A stretch of 64,000 nt of DNA from an uncultured delta proteobacterium (GTDB lineage: Bacteria > Desulfobacterota > Desulfomonilia > Desulfomonilales > Desulfomonilaceae), in assembly GCA_963789265.1 (NCBI GenBank), contig CAWBKB010000003.1:800001-864000 (forward strand). The letters are read 5' to 3'. The position numbers and the translations under genes were made by a program. Position 1 is the stretch's first letter; each line of letters starts with the position of its first letter. The notes beneath the pieces were generated by a model. It did no database searches and was not told the DNA's origin. It saw nothing but the letters and a program-made list of their open reading frames with translations. This document shows, in pieces, positions 23,941 to 35,409 of this stretch.

Positions 23941-24230
23941 TGCTTGAAGAGTACCAAATAGTCCGACGACCGGTAGTTACTGAAAAGGGATCCACGCTCA
24001 AGGATGAGAACAATCAACTCATTTTTGAGGTGGCACTCGGGGCCAATAAGTCCGAGATCAAGAAGGCGGTCGAGAAACTTTTCAAAGTAACAGTCTTGTC
24101 TGTCCGAACTCAGAACCGCCTGGGAAAACGTAAGAGACTCGGTCGCTCGGTTGGCCGCCGTAAGCATTGGAAGAAGGCGCTTGTGACACTTAAAGAGGGT
24201 GACCGTGTGGACTATTTTGAAGGAGTTTAG
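23940..24230 (+). CDS. rplW: 50S ribosomal protein L23
   Basis: PVVTEK, IKKAVEKLF, WKKALVTL. Confidence 0.98.
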   Translation: MLEEYQIVRRPVVTEKGSTLKDENNQLIFEVALGANKSEIKKAVEKLFKVTVLSVRTQNRLGKRKRLGRSVGRRKHWKKALVTLKEGDRVDYFEGV

Positions 24231-24321
24231 ATCTTGGCTCGCACTGTCTGATCGGCCTTTGGAGCAGGCTCCAAACTCAGCATGGACCGATCCGGACATA
24301 AATAGCGTCAAGGACTGATTC

Positions 24322-25146
24322 ATGGGCATAAAGAAATACAAGCCGACATCTCCAGGCATCAGGTTTCAGACGGGGTTGACTTTCGAGGAGATCACCGCTC
24401 GCAAACCCCTCAAGGCTCTGGTGCAAGGAACAGGCAAGACAGGCGGCCGAAACAACAACGGCAGAATAACTGTCAGGCATCGCGGCGGGGGACACAAGCG
24501 GCTGTTCCGCGTCATCGATTTCAAAAGAGACAATAGTGATGTCCCCGGCAAGGTGGTCGACGTGCAATACGACCCCAATCGAAGCGCTCGTCTGGCTCTG
24601 ATCAACTACGCGGACGGGGACAAACGTTATATTCTGTGGCCCCAGGGAGTTAAGGTTGGGGACTCGGTAATTGCAGGCGATCGGGTGGATATCAAACCCG
24701 GTAACTGTCTGCCGCTGAAAAATATCCCCTTGGGAACTATGGTTCATAACGTCGAGATGAAAATCGGCAAGGGCGGCCAAATCATACGTTCCGCGGGGAC
24801 TTACGGCCAGTTGATGGCTAAGGAAAAAGGCTACGTCCAGCTAAAGCTCCCCTCGGGCGAGGTCCGCATGGTCTTGGACCGCTGCCGCGCGACCGTAGGT
24901 CAGGTAGGTAACCTGGATCATGAAAACGTTTCGTTGGGGAAAGCGGGCCGGACTCGGCTTCTGGGCCGTCGCCCTAAAGTCCGCGGTGTTGTCATGAATC
25001 CGGTTGATCATCCCCACGGTGGCGGCGAAGGTCGGACTTCCGGCGGGCGTCATCCGGTCACCCCATGGGGAGTGCCGACCAAAGGGTACAAGACCCGTAA
25101 GCGAGGCAAGGCCTCTGACAGATTCATCCTTAAACGAAGGAAGTAA
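24322..25146 (+). CDS. rplB: 50S ribosomal protein L2
   Basis: [20 protein letters not shown]. Confidence 0.99.
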   Translation: MGIKKYKPTSPGIRFQTGLTFEEITARKPLKALVQGTGKTGGRNNNGRITVRHRGGGHKRLFRVIDFKRDNSDVPGKVVDVQYDPNRSARLALINYADGDKRYILWPQGVKVGDSVIAGDRVDIKPGNCLPLKNIPLGTMVHNVEMKIGKGGQIIRSAGTYGQLMAKEKGYVQLKLPSGEVRMVLDRCRATVGQVGNLDHENVSLGKAGRTRLLGRRPKVRGVVMNPVDHPHGGGEGRTSGGRHPVTPWGVPTKGYKTRKRGKASDRFILKRRK

Positions 25147-25151
25147 TTGCA

Positions 25152-25436
25152 ATGCCCCGTTCGGTACATAAGGGTCCTTTCGTAGACGACAACGTACTGA
25201 GGAAGGTCGTGCAGGCCCGGGACACTGGATCGCGAAAAGTCATTCAGACCTGGTCCCGAAGGTCGACGATTATTCCCGATATGGTCGGCCTCACTTTCGC
25301 TGTTCACAACGGCAAGAAATTCATCCCCGTGTTCATTAGTGAAAACATGGTCGGCCACAAGCTTGGCGAATTCTCTCCGACTCGTACATTTCACGGCCAT
25401 GCCGGGGATAGAAAAGCCAAAAAGGGGAGAAAGTAA
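25152..25436 (+). CDS. rpsS: 30S ribosomal protein S19
   Basis: [19 protein letters not shown]. Confidence 0.98.
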   Translation: MPRSVHKGPFVDDNVLRKVVQARDTGSRKVIQTWSRRSTIIPDMVGLTFAVHNGKKFIPVFISENMVGHKLGEFSPTRTFHGHAGDRKAKKGRK

Positions 25437-25768
25437 TGGAGTGGGAGTCAACCCTGAGGCACGCGCATATTTCTGCCCGCAAGGCAAGACTGGTGGCAGA
25501 TTTGGTACGCGGAATGAAAGCGGACGCGGCCCTTGCCACACTTCAGTTCACGCCGCAAAAAGCTGCCGGAATGATCAGGAAGGTGCTCCAGTCCGCGATC
25601 GGCAACGCATCGCAGTCCAGCGGGGTTGACGAAGATCGGCTTTACATAAGCCGCATTACGGTGGATGAAGGCCCTACGGCCAAACGATGGAGTCCGAGGG
25701 CTATGGGACGAGCCACGCGCATACGTAAACGAACGAGTCATATCTGCGTGGCATTGACGGAGGATTGA
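25436..25768 (+). CDS. rplV: 50S ribosomal protein L22
   Basis: SARKARLVADLVRG, PRAMGRA..IRKRTSHI. Confidence 0.98.
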   Translation: MEWESTLRHAHISARKARLVADLVRGMKADAALATLQFTPQKAAGMIRKVLQSAIGNASQSSGVDEDRLYISRITVDEGPTAKRWSPRAMGRATRIRKRTSHICVALTED

Positions 25769-25843
25769 TTTTTCCAACACGGAGGATCCGGCCAGAGAAT
25801 TTGGCTTGCATAGGATCCCCCACCGACCCGCAGGAGGGTTATT

Positions 25844-26488
25844 TTGGGACAGAAGGTACATCCGCTCGGATTTCGGCTCGGCGTCACTCGGACGTGGGAT
25901 TCTCGCTGGTTTTCTCAAAAGGATTACGGCGACTTTTTGATAGAGGATCTCAGGCTTCGGGATTTCGTAAAAAAACGGCTCTCGCAAGCCAGCATTTCTA
26001 AGATAGAAATCGAGCGAGCTGCGGGCAAGATCCGTCTGATCATTCACACGGCGCGTCCCGGAATTGTCATAGGTCCTAAGGGAAGCGAAATTGAAAAGCT
26101 TCGTCGCGAAATTCTACGTATGACCCGGAAGGATGTCATAGTAGACATCAAAGAGATCCGCAAACCGGAGATTGACGCTCAGCTTGTTGCAGAAAATGTC
26201 GCTCAACAACTTGAGAGACGTATAGCTTTCCGCCGAGCTATGAAGAAGTCCGTCACAAGCGCTTTGAAGTCCGGTGCGAAAGGCGTCCGAATAGCAACCG
26301 CAGGACGTCTGGGCGGGGCGGAAATGGCCAGACGCGAGTGGTATCGGGAAGGCAGAGTGCCTTTACACACGCTGAGAGCCGATATTGATTACGGATTCGC
26401 TCAGGCTTCCACCACTTACGGCGTGATCGGCGTGAAGGTTTGGATCTTCAAGGGTGAGATGATCAAGAGCACCGCAGCGGAGAAGTAA
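25844..26488 (+). CDS. rpsC: 30S ribosomal protein S3
   Basis: [27 protein letters not shown]. Confidence 0.98.
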   Translation: MGQKVHPLGFRLGVTRTWDSRWFSQKDYGDFLIEDLRLRDFVKKRLSQASISKIEIERAAGKIRLIIHTARPGIVIGPKGSEIEKLRREILRMTRKDVIVDIKEIRKPEIDAQLVAENVAQQLERRIAFRRAMKKSVTSALKSGAKGVRIATAGRLGGAEMARREWYREGRVPLHTLRADIDYGFAQASTTYGVIGVKVWIFKGEMIKSTAAEK

Positions 26489-26489
26489 T

Positions 26490-26906
26490 ATGCTTGCCCC
26501 CAAGAAAGTTAAATACAGGAAAAGGCAAAAAGGCCGAACGACCGGACGACCTCTCAAGGGGACACGTGTCTCCTTCGGTGAATTCGGTCTTATGGCCATG
26601 GCCCCTGGATGGATTACGGCGCGGCAGATCGAAGCAGGCCGGGTGGCCATGACGCGCCATGTGAAAAGGGGCGGCAAGATCTGGATTCGCCTGTTTCCGG
26701 ACAAGCCTATAACTAAGAAACCCGCCGAAACTCGCATGGGCAAAGGCAAGGGGGCCCCCGAAGAATGGGTAGCGGTGGTCAAACCCGGGAAGATCATGTA
26801 CGAGATGGAGGGCGTTCCTGCCGAAGTAGCTAGAGAGGCCTTCCGTCTTGCGGCGAGGAAACTGCCTATTAAGTCCCGATTCGTGATTCGTGAGGAGTTG
26901 ACATGA
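26490..26906 (+). CDS. rplP: 50S ribosomal protein L16
   Basis: [12 protein letters not shown]. Confidence 0.98.
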   Translation: MLAPKKVKYRKRQKGRTTGRPLKGTRVSFGEFGLMAMAPGWITARQIEAGRVAMTRHVKRGGKIWIRLFPDKPITKKPAETRMGKGKGAPEEWVAVVKPGKIMYEMEGVPAEVAREAFRLAARKLPIKSRFVIREELT

Positions 26907-27097
26907 AGCCGCAAGAACTAAGGGAACTGTCCCCGGAAGAACTGGCGGGCAAGGAGAAAGATTTTCGCGAAGAGGAATTCAAGCTTCGCTTCAAACATGC
27001 CACCGGTCAGCTTGATAAAACTGCACGTCTCAAGAAGCTCCGAAGGGATATAGCTCGGGTGAAGACCATCATCAGAGAAAAGGAGGCGTCTGCATGA
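26903..27097 (+). CDS. rpmC: 50S ribosomal protein L29
   Basis: [19 protein letters not shown]. Confidence 0.97.
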   Translation: MKPQELRELSPEELAGKEKDFREEEFKLRFKHATGQLDKTARLKKLRRDIARVKTIIREKEASA

Positions 27098-27381
27098 CGA
27101 ACTCCTCTGAAATCAAAAAGCAGCGTAAGATCAGGACTGGTGTGGTAATCAGCAACAAAATGGACAAGACTGTTGTTGTCGAAGTCAGCCGCACAGTGAT
27201 CCATCCGGTCTACAAGAAGTTTGTCCGCCGCAGAAAACGATTCATGGCCCACGATGAAGGAAACCGCTGCCATATTGGCGACAAAGTGATGATCGTGGAA
27301 ACCCGGCCGCTGAGCCGGCACAAGAATTGGCGTGTCAGCAAGGTTGTCAGAGAGGCACCGCTACCTGGAGGTGCTTCATGA
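27094..27381 (+). CDS. rpsQ: 30S ribosomal protein S17
   Basis: [17 protein letters not shown]. Confidence 0.98.
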   Translation: MTNSSEIKKQRKIRTGVVISNKMDKTVVVEVSRTVIHPVYKKFVRRRKRFMAHDEGNRCHIGDKVMIVETRPLSRHKNWRVSKVVREAPLPGGAS

Positions 27382-27746
27382 TTCAGCAGCAGACGCGCAT
27401 GTACGTCGCGGACAATTCGGGAGCAAAAGAGCTATATTGCATTAAGGTTCTCGGCGGGACCAAGCGCAAATACGCAAGCGTCGGCGATGTGGTGGTCGTT
27501 TCCGTGAAGGAGGCTATCCCAAATTCAAAGGTTAAGAAGGGCGAGGTTCACAAAGCTGTGGTCGTGCGCACGCGACGTGCGGTTCGACGTGCGGACGGGT
27601 CGTACATCCGCTTCGACGATAATTCAGCAGTCCTGATCAATAATCAGATGGAACCCATCGGCACTCGTATTTTCGGTCCGGTGGCTCGGGAGTTGAGAGC
27701 CAAAAAGTTCATGAAGATTGTGTCCCTGGCTCCGGAGGTTCTTTGA
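27378..27746 (+). CDS. rplN: 50S ribosomal protein L14
   Basis: [26 protein letters not shown]. Confidence 0.98.
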   Translation: MIQQQTRMYVADNSGAKELYCIKVLGGTKRKYASVGDVVVVSVKEAIPNSKVKKGEVHKAVVVRTRRAVRRADGSYIRFDDNSAVLINNQMEPIGTRIFGPVARELRAKKFMKIVSLAPEVL

Positions 27747-27748
27747 AT

Positions 27749-28069
27749 ATGTCTCACATCAAGAAAAACGACAGAGTGAAGGTCCTCACGGGGAAAGAAA
27801 AAGGTAGGCAGGGCAAGGTTCTCAAGATATTCAACGACAAGGACGCTGCCTTGGTAGAGCGGCTGAACTTTGTTAAGCGCCACACAAGGCCGGGAGGAAC
27901 TATCGGCGGACAAGGCGGCATCATCGAAAAGGAAGCCCCTATTAAACTTTCAAAGCTGATGCTTGTTTGTCCCAAGTGCTCTAAGTCCACAAGAACTGGT
28001 ATTAGAATTCTCGATGACGGCCACAGAGTTCGTTACTGCAAGAAGTGTGAAGAGCAACTAGACGGTTAG
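27749..28069 (+). CDS. rplX: 50S ribosomal protein L24
   Basis: KOW motif [21 protein letters not shown]-terminal CxxC..CxxC. Confidence 0.97.
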   Translation: MSHIKKNDRVKVLTGKEKGRQGKVLKIFNDKDAALVERLNFVKRHTRPGGTIGGQGGIIEKEAPIKLSKLMLVCPKCSKSTRTGIRILDDGHRVRYCKKCEEQLDG

Positions 28070-28082
28070 AAGGAACAATCTC

Positions 28083-28625
28083 ATGGCGTCGAGGCTGAAA
28101 GAATATTACTTCAAATCTGTCGTGCCGACTCTGATGGATCGGTTCAAGTACAAGAATCCCATGCAGGTGCCCGTTCTCAAAAAGATCGTACTAAACATGG
28201 GGCTGGGTGAAGCTATTCAGAATGCAAAAATCCTGGAAAGCGCCCAACAGGAGATGGCAGTCATAACCGGCCAGTGGCCCGTACTTCGAAAAGCAAGAAA
28301 GTCCATTGCTACGTTCAAGCTCCGGGAAGGGATGACCATTGGCTGCAAAGTCACTTTGAGACGAGAAAACATGTTCCATTTCTTAGACAAGCTGATCAAC
28401 GTCGCCCTTCCGAGAGTCCGAGATTTCCGGGGAGTCAATCCGCGCGGGTTCGACGGACGAGGCAACTTTTCCATGGGAATCAAGGAGCAGATCATTTTCC
28501 CCGAGATCAACTACGATAAGATTGAAAAGATCCGAGGGATGAATGTTACCGTCGTAACTTCCGCGACAACTGACGAGGAAGCCCGAGAATTGTTGACGAA
28601 TCTGGGGATGCCGTTCAGGAAATAG
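28083..28625 (+). CDS. rplE: 50S ribosomal protein L5
   Basis: [20 protein letters not shown]. Confidence 0.98.
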   Translation: MASRLKEYYFKSVVPTLMDRFKYKNPMQVPVLKKIVLNMGLGEAIQNAKILESAQQEMAVITGQWPVLRKARKSIATFKLREGMTIGCKVTLRRENMFHFLDKLINVALPRVRDFRGVNPRGFDGRGNFSMGIKEQIIFPEINYDKIEKIRGMNVTVVTSATTDEEARELLTNLGMPFRK

Positions 28626-28650
28626 ATTATTTCTCCTCCAAGGAGGGAAC

Positions 28651-28836
28651 GTGGCCAAGATTTCGATGATAGTTAAGGCCGAGAGGCCTCAGAAGTTCGA
28701 AGTTAGACAATACAATCGATGCCAGATCTGCGGACGGCCGAGGGGCTATTATCGCAAGTTCAAGTTGTGCCGGATATGCTTGAGGAACGAGGCCCTAAAG
28801 GGCCACGTCCCGGGCATGGTCAAATCGAGTTGGTAG
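28651..28836 (+). CDS. rpsN: 30S ribosomal protein S14, type Z (zinc-binding)
   Basis: [15 protein letters not shown], 61 aa. Confidence 0.97.
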   Translation: MAKISMIVKAERPQKFEVRQYNRCQICGRPRGYYRKFKLCRICLRNEALKGHVPGMVKSSW

Positions 28837-28848
28837 GAGACTGCTGAA

Positions 28849-29253
28849 ATGAGCATGACTGACCCCATAGCGGACATGTTGACTCGAATCCGCAATGCCA
28901 GGCAAGCGCGCAAGGAACAGGTAACGATTCCTGCCTCGAATCTTAAGATCGGTATCGCCCAGATCTTCAAGGAAGAGGGATACGTCAAGAAATACAAGGT
29001 CATTCGGTCTGCGAAGAACAAACAGGGTGTCCTGAAACTCACTCTACGGTTCGATGATGAGACCTTGTGTGTAATTGAAGGACTGTCCAGGGTTTCCCGG
29101 CCCGGTCGGAGAGTTTACGTCGGTCATGACCACAATTTAAAGAGCCACGGCGGCGTGGGCATGCTTGTCCTTTCGACTTCACAGGGGATCATGACGGACA
29201 AAGAAGCAAAACGGCGCCGAATCGGAGGCGAGGTGCTTTGCAGCATCTGGTAA
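28849..29253 (+). CDS. rpsH: 30S ribosomal protein S8
   Basis: DPIADMLTRIRNA, SRPGRRVY, GGEVLC. Confidence 0.98.
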   Translation: MSMTDPIADMLTRIRNARQARKEQVTIPASNLKIGIAQIFKEEGYVKKYKVIRSAKNKQGVLKLTLRFDDETLCVIEGLSRVSRPGRRVYVGHDHNLKSHGGVGMLVLSTSQGIMTDKEAKRRRIGGEVLCSIW

Positions 29254-29277
29254 CGGAATACTTCAGGAGCTTTACTG

Positions 29278-29817
29278 ATGTCTAGAATAGGCAAGGCCCC
29301 TATAGCGATACCTGAAAAAGTCAAAGTCACCCTTACGCCCCCAAACCTAACGGTTGAAGGGCCCAAGGGGGCCCTGAGCATGTCAATTTCGAACCTTGTC
29401 AAGGTTGAAACGGACGAGACTCACGTCCGGGTATCCGCGGTACAGGATCACAGAAAATGCCGTGCAATGCACGGCCTGACCAGAACGCTCATTCAGAATA
29501 TGGTGACGGGGGTGACTTCGGGCTTCACTAAGTCACTTGAGATACAGGGAGTCGGATACCGAGCTGAAGCGGGCAAGCAATCGCTCACTCTAAGCGTTGG
29601 CTATTCCAACCCCGTCGTGGTCACGGTCCCCGAGGGCCTGTCCGTCGAAGTAGAGAAAAACACTATTATTCACGTGCGCGGGATTGATAAACAACAGGTC
29701 GGTGAGATGGCGGCGATTATCCGAAGAGTGCGCAAACCCGAACCCTACAGAGGTAAGGGGATACGGTATCTAGGCGAACAGGTTCGGCGTAAGGTAGGAA
29801 AAGCTGGAGCGAAATAG
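29278..29817 (+). CDS. rplF: 50S ribosomal protein L6
   Basis: MSRIGK, PEPYRGKGIRY. Confidence 0.98.
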   Translation: MSRIGKAPIAIPEKVKVTLTPPNLTVEGPKGALSMSISNLVKVETDETHVRVSAVQDHRKCRAMHGLTRTLIQNMVTGVTSGFTKSLEIQGVGYRAEAGKQSLTLSVGYSNPVVVTVPEGLSVEVEKNTIIHVRGIDKQQVGEMAAIIRRVRKPEPYRGKGIRYLGEQVRRKVGKAGAK

Positions 29818-29889
29818 TTTTTGCGCCCGCTTTTGAATGTCCCCGTGGGCCGTGAGGACGAAAGACCGGCGTTGGAGAGGAAATACAGA

Positions 29890-30259
29890 ATGGCCAGTGA
29901 AACGGAAAAATCGTCATCCAGAGGGAAACGGACCCGACGCGTACGTTATAAAATCGGTTGTAACAGAGAGCGCCCGCGCCTGACAGTGTTTCGATCCAAC
30001 AAGAAACATCTTCGCCCAGATAATTGATGACCGCAAAGGTGTTACTCTGGTTCAAGCGTCTACGCTCGATAAGGAATTTCGCAAGAAACCGGGAGATCCT
30101 TTCAATGCGGATACGGCCCGTCAGGTGGGTAAACGGATCGCAGCCAGGGCCAAGGAACAAAACATAGTCAAAATAGTTTTCGACAGGGGTTCGTACCTAT
30201 ATCACGGCAAGGTTAAAGCCCTGGCTGACGGGGCCCGTGATGGGGGACTGGACTTTTAA
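29890..30259 (+). CDS. rplR: 50S ribosomal protein L18 (+1 insertion at ~30005)
   Basis: [11 protein letters not shown], then in the shifted frame IFAQIIDD...[26 protein letters not shown]. Confidence 0.95.
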
Positions 30260-30278
30260 GGAGCTAAGGAGGAAGCGC

Positions 30279-30818
30279 TTGCTCACCAGATTCGATATGT
30301 CGGCTGAAGCCGAATTGAAGGACCGAGTGGTCCACCTTAATCGCGTCGCAAAAGTGGTCAAAGGCGGAAGGAGATTTTCCTTCAGCGCAGTAGTAGTAGT
30401 TGGCGACGGGCAAGGCCGGGTGGGATTCGGCCTTGGAAAAGCCAATGAGGTTCCTGAGGCTATACGCAAAGGAGTGGATCGCGCTAAATCCTCGTTACTA
30501 GAGGTCCCGATTGTCAATGGCACGGTCCCGCATGAAATCACCGGCGAATATGGTGCAGCTAAGGTGCTTCTGAAACCGGCCGGCTCCGGAACAGGGGTTA
30601 TCGCTGGAGGCGCTGTGCGTGCCGTCATGGAAGCAGTAGGAATCCGGGACATTCTTACCAAGTGTATCGGTACAAATAATCCTCATAACGTGGTCAAGGC
30701 AACCTTTGCGGGGTTAAGAGGTCTTCGGACGCAGCAGCAGATCGCTAAGAAGCTCGGAAGGACCGGCCTGTCCGAAGAAGAGCAAGATAAGGGAGAGGAA
30801 AATGGCCCCAATGGTTAA
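30279..30818 (+). CDS. rpsE: 30S ribosomal protein S5
   Basis: [25 protein letters not shown] start after AAGGAGG. Confidence 0.97.
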   Translation: MLTRFDMSAEAELKDRVVHLNRVAKVVKGGRRFSFSAVVVVGDGQGRVGFGLGKANEVPEAIRKGVDRAKSSLLEVPIVNGTVPHEITGEYGAAKVLLKPAGSGTGVIAGGAVRAVMEAVGIRDILTKCIGTNNPHNVVKATFAGLRGLRTQQQIAKKLGRTGLSEEEQDKGEENGPNG

Positions 30819-30990
30819 GGTGACCTTGAAGAAAAGCACCATTAAGGCCACCAAGCGGCAGCGAGAGACCGTGCGTGGTCTGGGGCTTAGGAAACTTCAT
30901 CAGACTCGCCTTCTGCAGGATACTCCCGAGGTACGGGGGATGGTCCTCAAGGTGAACCATCTGGTGGAACTGGAAGAAGTCGCCGAATGA
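30802..30990 (+). CDS. rpmD: 50S ribosomal protein L30
   Basis: [20 protein letters not shown]. Confidence 0.96.
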   Translation: MAPMVKVTLKKSTIKATKRQRETVRGLGLRKLHQTRLLQDTPEVRGMVLKVNHLVELEEVAE

Positions 30991-31013
30991 CTAGGTGCCT
31001 CGTGGAGATGTAG

Positions 31014-31445
31014 ATGAAACTTTCGAACCTACAGAGCCCTGGAAACAAGAAGAGCAAGCGAGTGGGTCGGGGCGAATCGTCCGGGCTTGGCAAGACATGC
31101 GGAAAAGGGCACAAAGGACAGAGGTCCCGCTCGGGAGGAGGAGTGTCGCCGGGCTTCGAGGGCGGGCAGATGCCTCTTCAGAGGCGCCTTCCCAAGAAGG
31201 GTTTTACCAATACCTTCAAGATCCATTACAATATTGTTCATATCAAGGACCTGTCCGGATTTGAGGCAGGTACCGAGATAACGCCGGCGCTGCTGCGGGA
31301 ACAGGGCATAACAAAACGGCAGGGGCCGATAAAGCTTTTGGCCGATGGCGACGTAGGCGGGGCATATAATGTTAAGCTGGATAGGGTAAGTTCCGCGGCC
31401 CGTGCAAAGATCGAGGCCGCGGGTGGCACAGTGGAGGAGCAGTGA
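31014..31445 (+). CDS. rplO: 50S ribosomal protein L15
   Basis: GFEGGQMPLQRRLPKKGF. Confidence 0.98.
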   Translation: MKLSNLQSPGNKKSKRVGRGESSGLGKTCGKGHKGQRSRSGGGVSPGFEGGQMPLQRRLPKKGFTNTFKIHYNIVHIKDLSGFEAGTEITPALLREQGITKRQGPIKLLADGDVGGAYNVKLDRVSSAARAKIEAAGGTVEEQ

Positions 31446-31509
31446 GATATTGCTCCGCTCGAGCAGGTCTTAAAATCCGATCAAGCTTTTCACGTGGGAG
31501 ACTGGCGTC

Positions 31510-32803
31510 GTGATAGGGTCCATAACCAACATAGCCAAGATTCCGGAACTCAAGCGCAGGATTATCTTCACCCTTCTGATGCTTCTCGTTTATAGGATCG
31601 GGGTGCACATTCCTACCCCCGGCATAAATGAAGTTGCTCTCAAAGATTTTTTTGCCAGGTACCAGCAGACCTTGTTCGGTGTAATTGATATGTTTACCGG
31701 AGGAGCGATGGAGCGTTTCTCCGTGTTCTCACTTGGGATCATGCCTTACATCAGTGCTTCCATCATACTCCAACTGCTTACCGTGGTTATTCCTCACCTG
31801 GAGAGGCTTTCCAAGGAAGGTGAAGCCGGTCGCAAGAAGATCACGCAGTATACCAGGTACGGGACTGTTCTCCTTTCTCTTATTCAAGGGATGGGGATAA
31901 GCATAGGCCTGGCCAAAACCCAGAACTTGGTTTACATACCCGGGCCGGCGTTCGTCATACTCTCGATGATCACCCTGACGGCAGGTACCGCTTTTATAAT
32001 GTGGCTCGGTGAGCAGATCACCGAAAGGGGCATAGGCAACGGCATCTCACTGATCATATTCGCCGGCATCGTCGCTCGAATGCCGGCCGCGCTCGGCCAC
32101 ACCGTTCAGCTTGTGAGGACGGGGGACATGGGTTTTCTCGTGCTGCTCGTCCTAATAGCCGTCATGATCGTCGTGATCGCCGTCATTGTGTTCGTTGAAA
32201 GAGGACAGCGCAAGATCCCTGTACAGGTACGCAAAACGTGTTGTCGGTAGACGAATTTACGGAGGCCAAAGTACTCACTTACCTCTGAAGGTGAATACTG
32301 CGGGGGTTATTCCTCCCATCTTTGCCTCGTCGCTCATAATTTTCCCGGCTACAATCGCTCAGTTCCTAAATGTTCCGGTCATAACTTACATAACAGGCTG
32401 GCTGAGACCGGGAACCGGAGTGTACGAGCTCCTTTACGTGGGGTTGATCATCTTTTTCTGTTACTTTTACACCGCGGTTACCTTCAACCCGGTAGACGTG
32501 GCAGATAACATGAAAAAGTACGGAGGTTACATCCCGGGAATCAGGCCGGGCAAAAAAACCTCCCAGTACATAGACAAGGTGCTGACGAGAATTACCTTTG
32601 GGGGGGCCATCTACGTTTCGGCAGTGTGCGTCCTCCCCTCGATCCTCATTTCACGCTTTAACGCGCCCTTTTATTTCGGGGGGACCTCATTACTCATCGT
32701 CGTGGGAGTCGCTCTGGACACGTTGACTCAAATTGAGTCCCACATGATCCAAAGGCATTATGAGGGATTCATCCGAACGGGCCGGATCAAGGGGAGGCGG
32801 TAG
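31510..32803 (+). CDS. secY: Preprotein translocase subunit SecY (+1 insertion at ~32226)
   Basis: [26 protein letters not shown], then [16 protein letters not shown] and GGTSLLIVV. Confidence 0.97.
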
Positions 32804-32836
32804 AAGACCGCGACTCCTCTAAAACAGGAAGGGATT

Positions 32837-33485
32837 ATGAGAATCGTTCTGATTGGGAGGACCGGGGTCGGGCAAAGGGACTCAGGCCAAGAAACTCGTC
32901 GATAAGCTGGGCATCCCGCAGATTTCCACTGGGGACATCTTTCGAGCCGCACTCAAAGAGGGGACTCCGATGGGCCTGAAGGCCAAGACGTACATGGATA
33001 AAGGAGAACTGGTACCGGACGGTGTTGTCATAGGAGTCGTTGAGGAGCGGTTGACCAAGCCCGACTTGGACAAAGGTTACATGCTGGACGGATTCCCGAG
33101 GACACTCGCCCAGGCGGAGGCTCTGGATCAGATACTTGCTTCGCAGACCCAATCGATCGACCATGCCGTCTTGGTGGATGTTCCGGATGAAGAACTGGTT
33201 GCCAGACTCTCCGGCCGGCGCACATGCCGAAATGCCGATTGCGGCAAGATGTATCATGTAATGTTCAATCCGCCCAAAAGCGACATGATCTGTGATGCAT
33301 GCGGATCAGAACTCTACCAGAGGGATGACGACACCGAGAGTACCATTAGAGAACGACTCGCGGTTTACAATAAGCAAACAGCCCCACTCATTGACTATTA
33401 TGAAAAGAAGCGATTGCTTCGCCGCGTGAAGGGAGTGGGTCCGATTGACGAGATCTTTGCCTCCATACAAAAAGTTCTCGGATAG
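32837..33485 (+). CDS. adk: Adenylate kinase with Cys4 metal-binding LID (+1 insertion near 32853)
   Basis: MRIVL..GPGSGKGTQA, STGD, LDGFPRT, CRNADC..CDAC. Confidence 0.96.
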
Positions 33486-33517
33486 GTAGCCGTCCCTGAG
33501 ATGGCGAAGGAGGGCCC

Positions 33518-33631
33518 ATGAAAGTACGGGCTTCGGTAAAAAAGATTTGCGATAAGTGCAAGATCATCAAACGAAAAGGAACCGTTCGGGTGATTTGCGA
33601 GAACCCCAAACATAAACAGCGTCAGGGTTAA
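33518..33631 (+). CDS. rpmJ: 50S ribosomal protein L36, 37 aa, not in ORF track
   Basis: [37 protein letters not shown]. Confidence 0.98.
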   Translation: MKVRASVKKICDKCKIIKRKGTVRVICENPKHKQRQG

Positions 33632-33669
33632 ACCCGGTACGCATTTGTTTCATCGCCAGGAGGAAGATC

Positions 33670-34038
33670 GTGGCACGCATCGCAGGGATTGACCTTCCCA
33701 AAAACAAGCGCATGGAAATCGCGCTCACCTATATCTACGGGATAGGAACGACCACGGCCCGGAAGATTCTCGAAGAGGCCGGACTGGATCTGAGCATGAA
33801 AACAGATCAGCTCAGCGAGGTCGATGTCGCCAAGATCCGTGAGGCCATTGATCGTTCATACAAGGTGGAGGGAGATCTTCGCCGTGACATAGGTATGAAT
33901 ATAAAGCGGCTCATGGACCTAGGGTGCTATCGAGGCCTGCGTCACCGCCGTGGTCTACCTGCCCGTGGACAACGCACGCATACCAATGCCAGGACCCGCA
34001 AAGGTCCGAGAAAGATGCAGATCGGTAAACGCAAGTAG
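33670..34038 (+). CDS. rpsM: 30S ribosomal protein S13
   Basis: [17 protein letters not shown]. Confidence 0.98.
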   Translation: MARIAGIDLPKNKRMEIALTYIYGIGTTTARKILEEAGLDLSMKTDQLSEVDVAKIREAIDRSYKVEGDLRRDIGMNIKRLMDLGCYRGLRHRRGLPARGQRTHTNARTRKGPRKMQIGKRK

Positions 34039-34189
34039 CTTCTGAGGACCGCGGGCGAGACTCCTCGGAAAAGCAATCGATACGTTCAGAACAGAGCTTT
34101 CGCCGCGTGCAAATATGGGCGGGTCCCCTTGTGGGGCCGGCAAACGAGAGAAACCAGGTTCCCCCTAATGGGGTCTAACGGAGAGGCCA

Positions 34190-34579
34190 ATGCCAAGAAG
34201 GCGAGTCGTTCGCAAAAAGAAAGAAAAACGCATTATTCCCAGAGGAGTAGCACATATCCAATCCACGTTCAATAACACGATCGTTACAATTACGGACATC
34301 GAGGGTAACGTCGTGGCTTGGTCGTCAGCGGGTACACAGGGCTTCAAAGGATCGAGAAAGTCTACCCCTTTCGCGGCCCAGTTGGCCGCGGAAGATGCCG
34401 CCCGTAAGGCCATGGAACAAGGGATGAGGAGTGTCGAGGTCTTGATAAAGGGACCGGGGGCCGGCCGGGAAGCTGCCCTCCGGTCCTTACAGGCCACGGG
34501 TTTTCAGATCACAATGATCAAGGATGTTACACCTATCCCGCACAACGGGTGCCGGCCTCCGAAGAGGAGAAGGGTCTAA
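34190..34579 (+). CDS. rpsK: 30S ribosomal protein S11
   Basis: [25 protein letters not shown]. Confidence 0.98.
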   Translation: MPRRRVVRKKKEKRIIPRGVAHIQSTFNNTIVTITDIEGNVVAWSSAGTQGFKGSRKSTPFAAQLAAEDAARKAMEQGMRSVEVLIKGPGAGREAALRSLQATGFQITMIKDVTPIPHNGCRPPKRRRV

Positions 34580-34622
34580 CCATTTACGGATACATTAGTT
34601 TTCCGAACCAAAGGAGATAGTA

Positions 34623-35250
34623 TTGGCTCGCTATCATGAAGCAGTGTGTAGGTTTCTGTCGCCGGGAAGGGGCAAAGTTGTTCCTTAAAGGGGATCGCTG
34701 CTACTCGGACAAGTGCTCTGTGGAGCGGAGAACCTATCCTCCCGGTCAGCACGGTCAGAGCCGTCCGAAACACACGGACTACGGCGTGCAGCTTAGGGAA
34801 AAGCAAAAGGTGAGGCATATTTACGGGGTGCTGGAAAAGCAGTTCCGTACATACGTTCATCTTGCGGAGCAAAGGAAGGGCGTTACCGGCGAGATTCTAC
34901 TTCTTTTGTTGGAATCGCGTCTGGATAACATGGTTTTCAGAATGGGATTCGCTCCATCCAGAGCTGAAGCCAGACAATTGATAAACCACGGGCATATTAT
35001 AGTAAATGGACGGAAAGTGGACATACCTTCGTTCAGGACTAAACCTGGCATGGTCGTAGAGGTCCGGGAAAAAAGCCAATCAATTCATGCGATTGACGAT
35101 TCTTTGAAGACTGTTACCCGGCGCGGGATTCCGCCGTGGCTGGATGTCGATGTGGCAGCCTTTAAAGGCATTGTTAAGGCATTACCGACAAGAGAGGAAC
35201 TGCCTCCCACCATTAAAGAGCAGTTGATCGTGGAATTCTATTCCAAGTAA
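34623..35250 (+). CDS. rpsD: 30S ribosomal protein S4 (+1 insertion at ~34654)
   Basis: TTG start [10 protein letters not shown](F)[27 protein letters not shown]. Confidence 0.97.
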
Positions 35251-35409
35251 TGCCTGGAGGACGTGAGGGGAGCAACCGACTCCCCGGATTCATGAAAGGA
35301 CCGACATAAGGGGCCGTGGTGGCCTTTGAGAACCCACAAGGGAAATCGATTCCTTACAACCGCATCAGAATTCCGCATTGCAGAATTCACAGTTAACAAG
35401 AGGGAAGCC

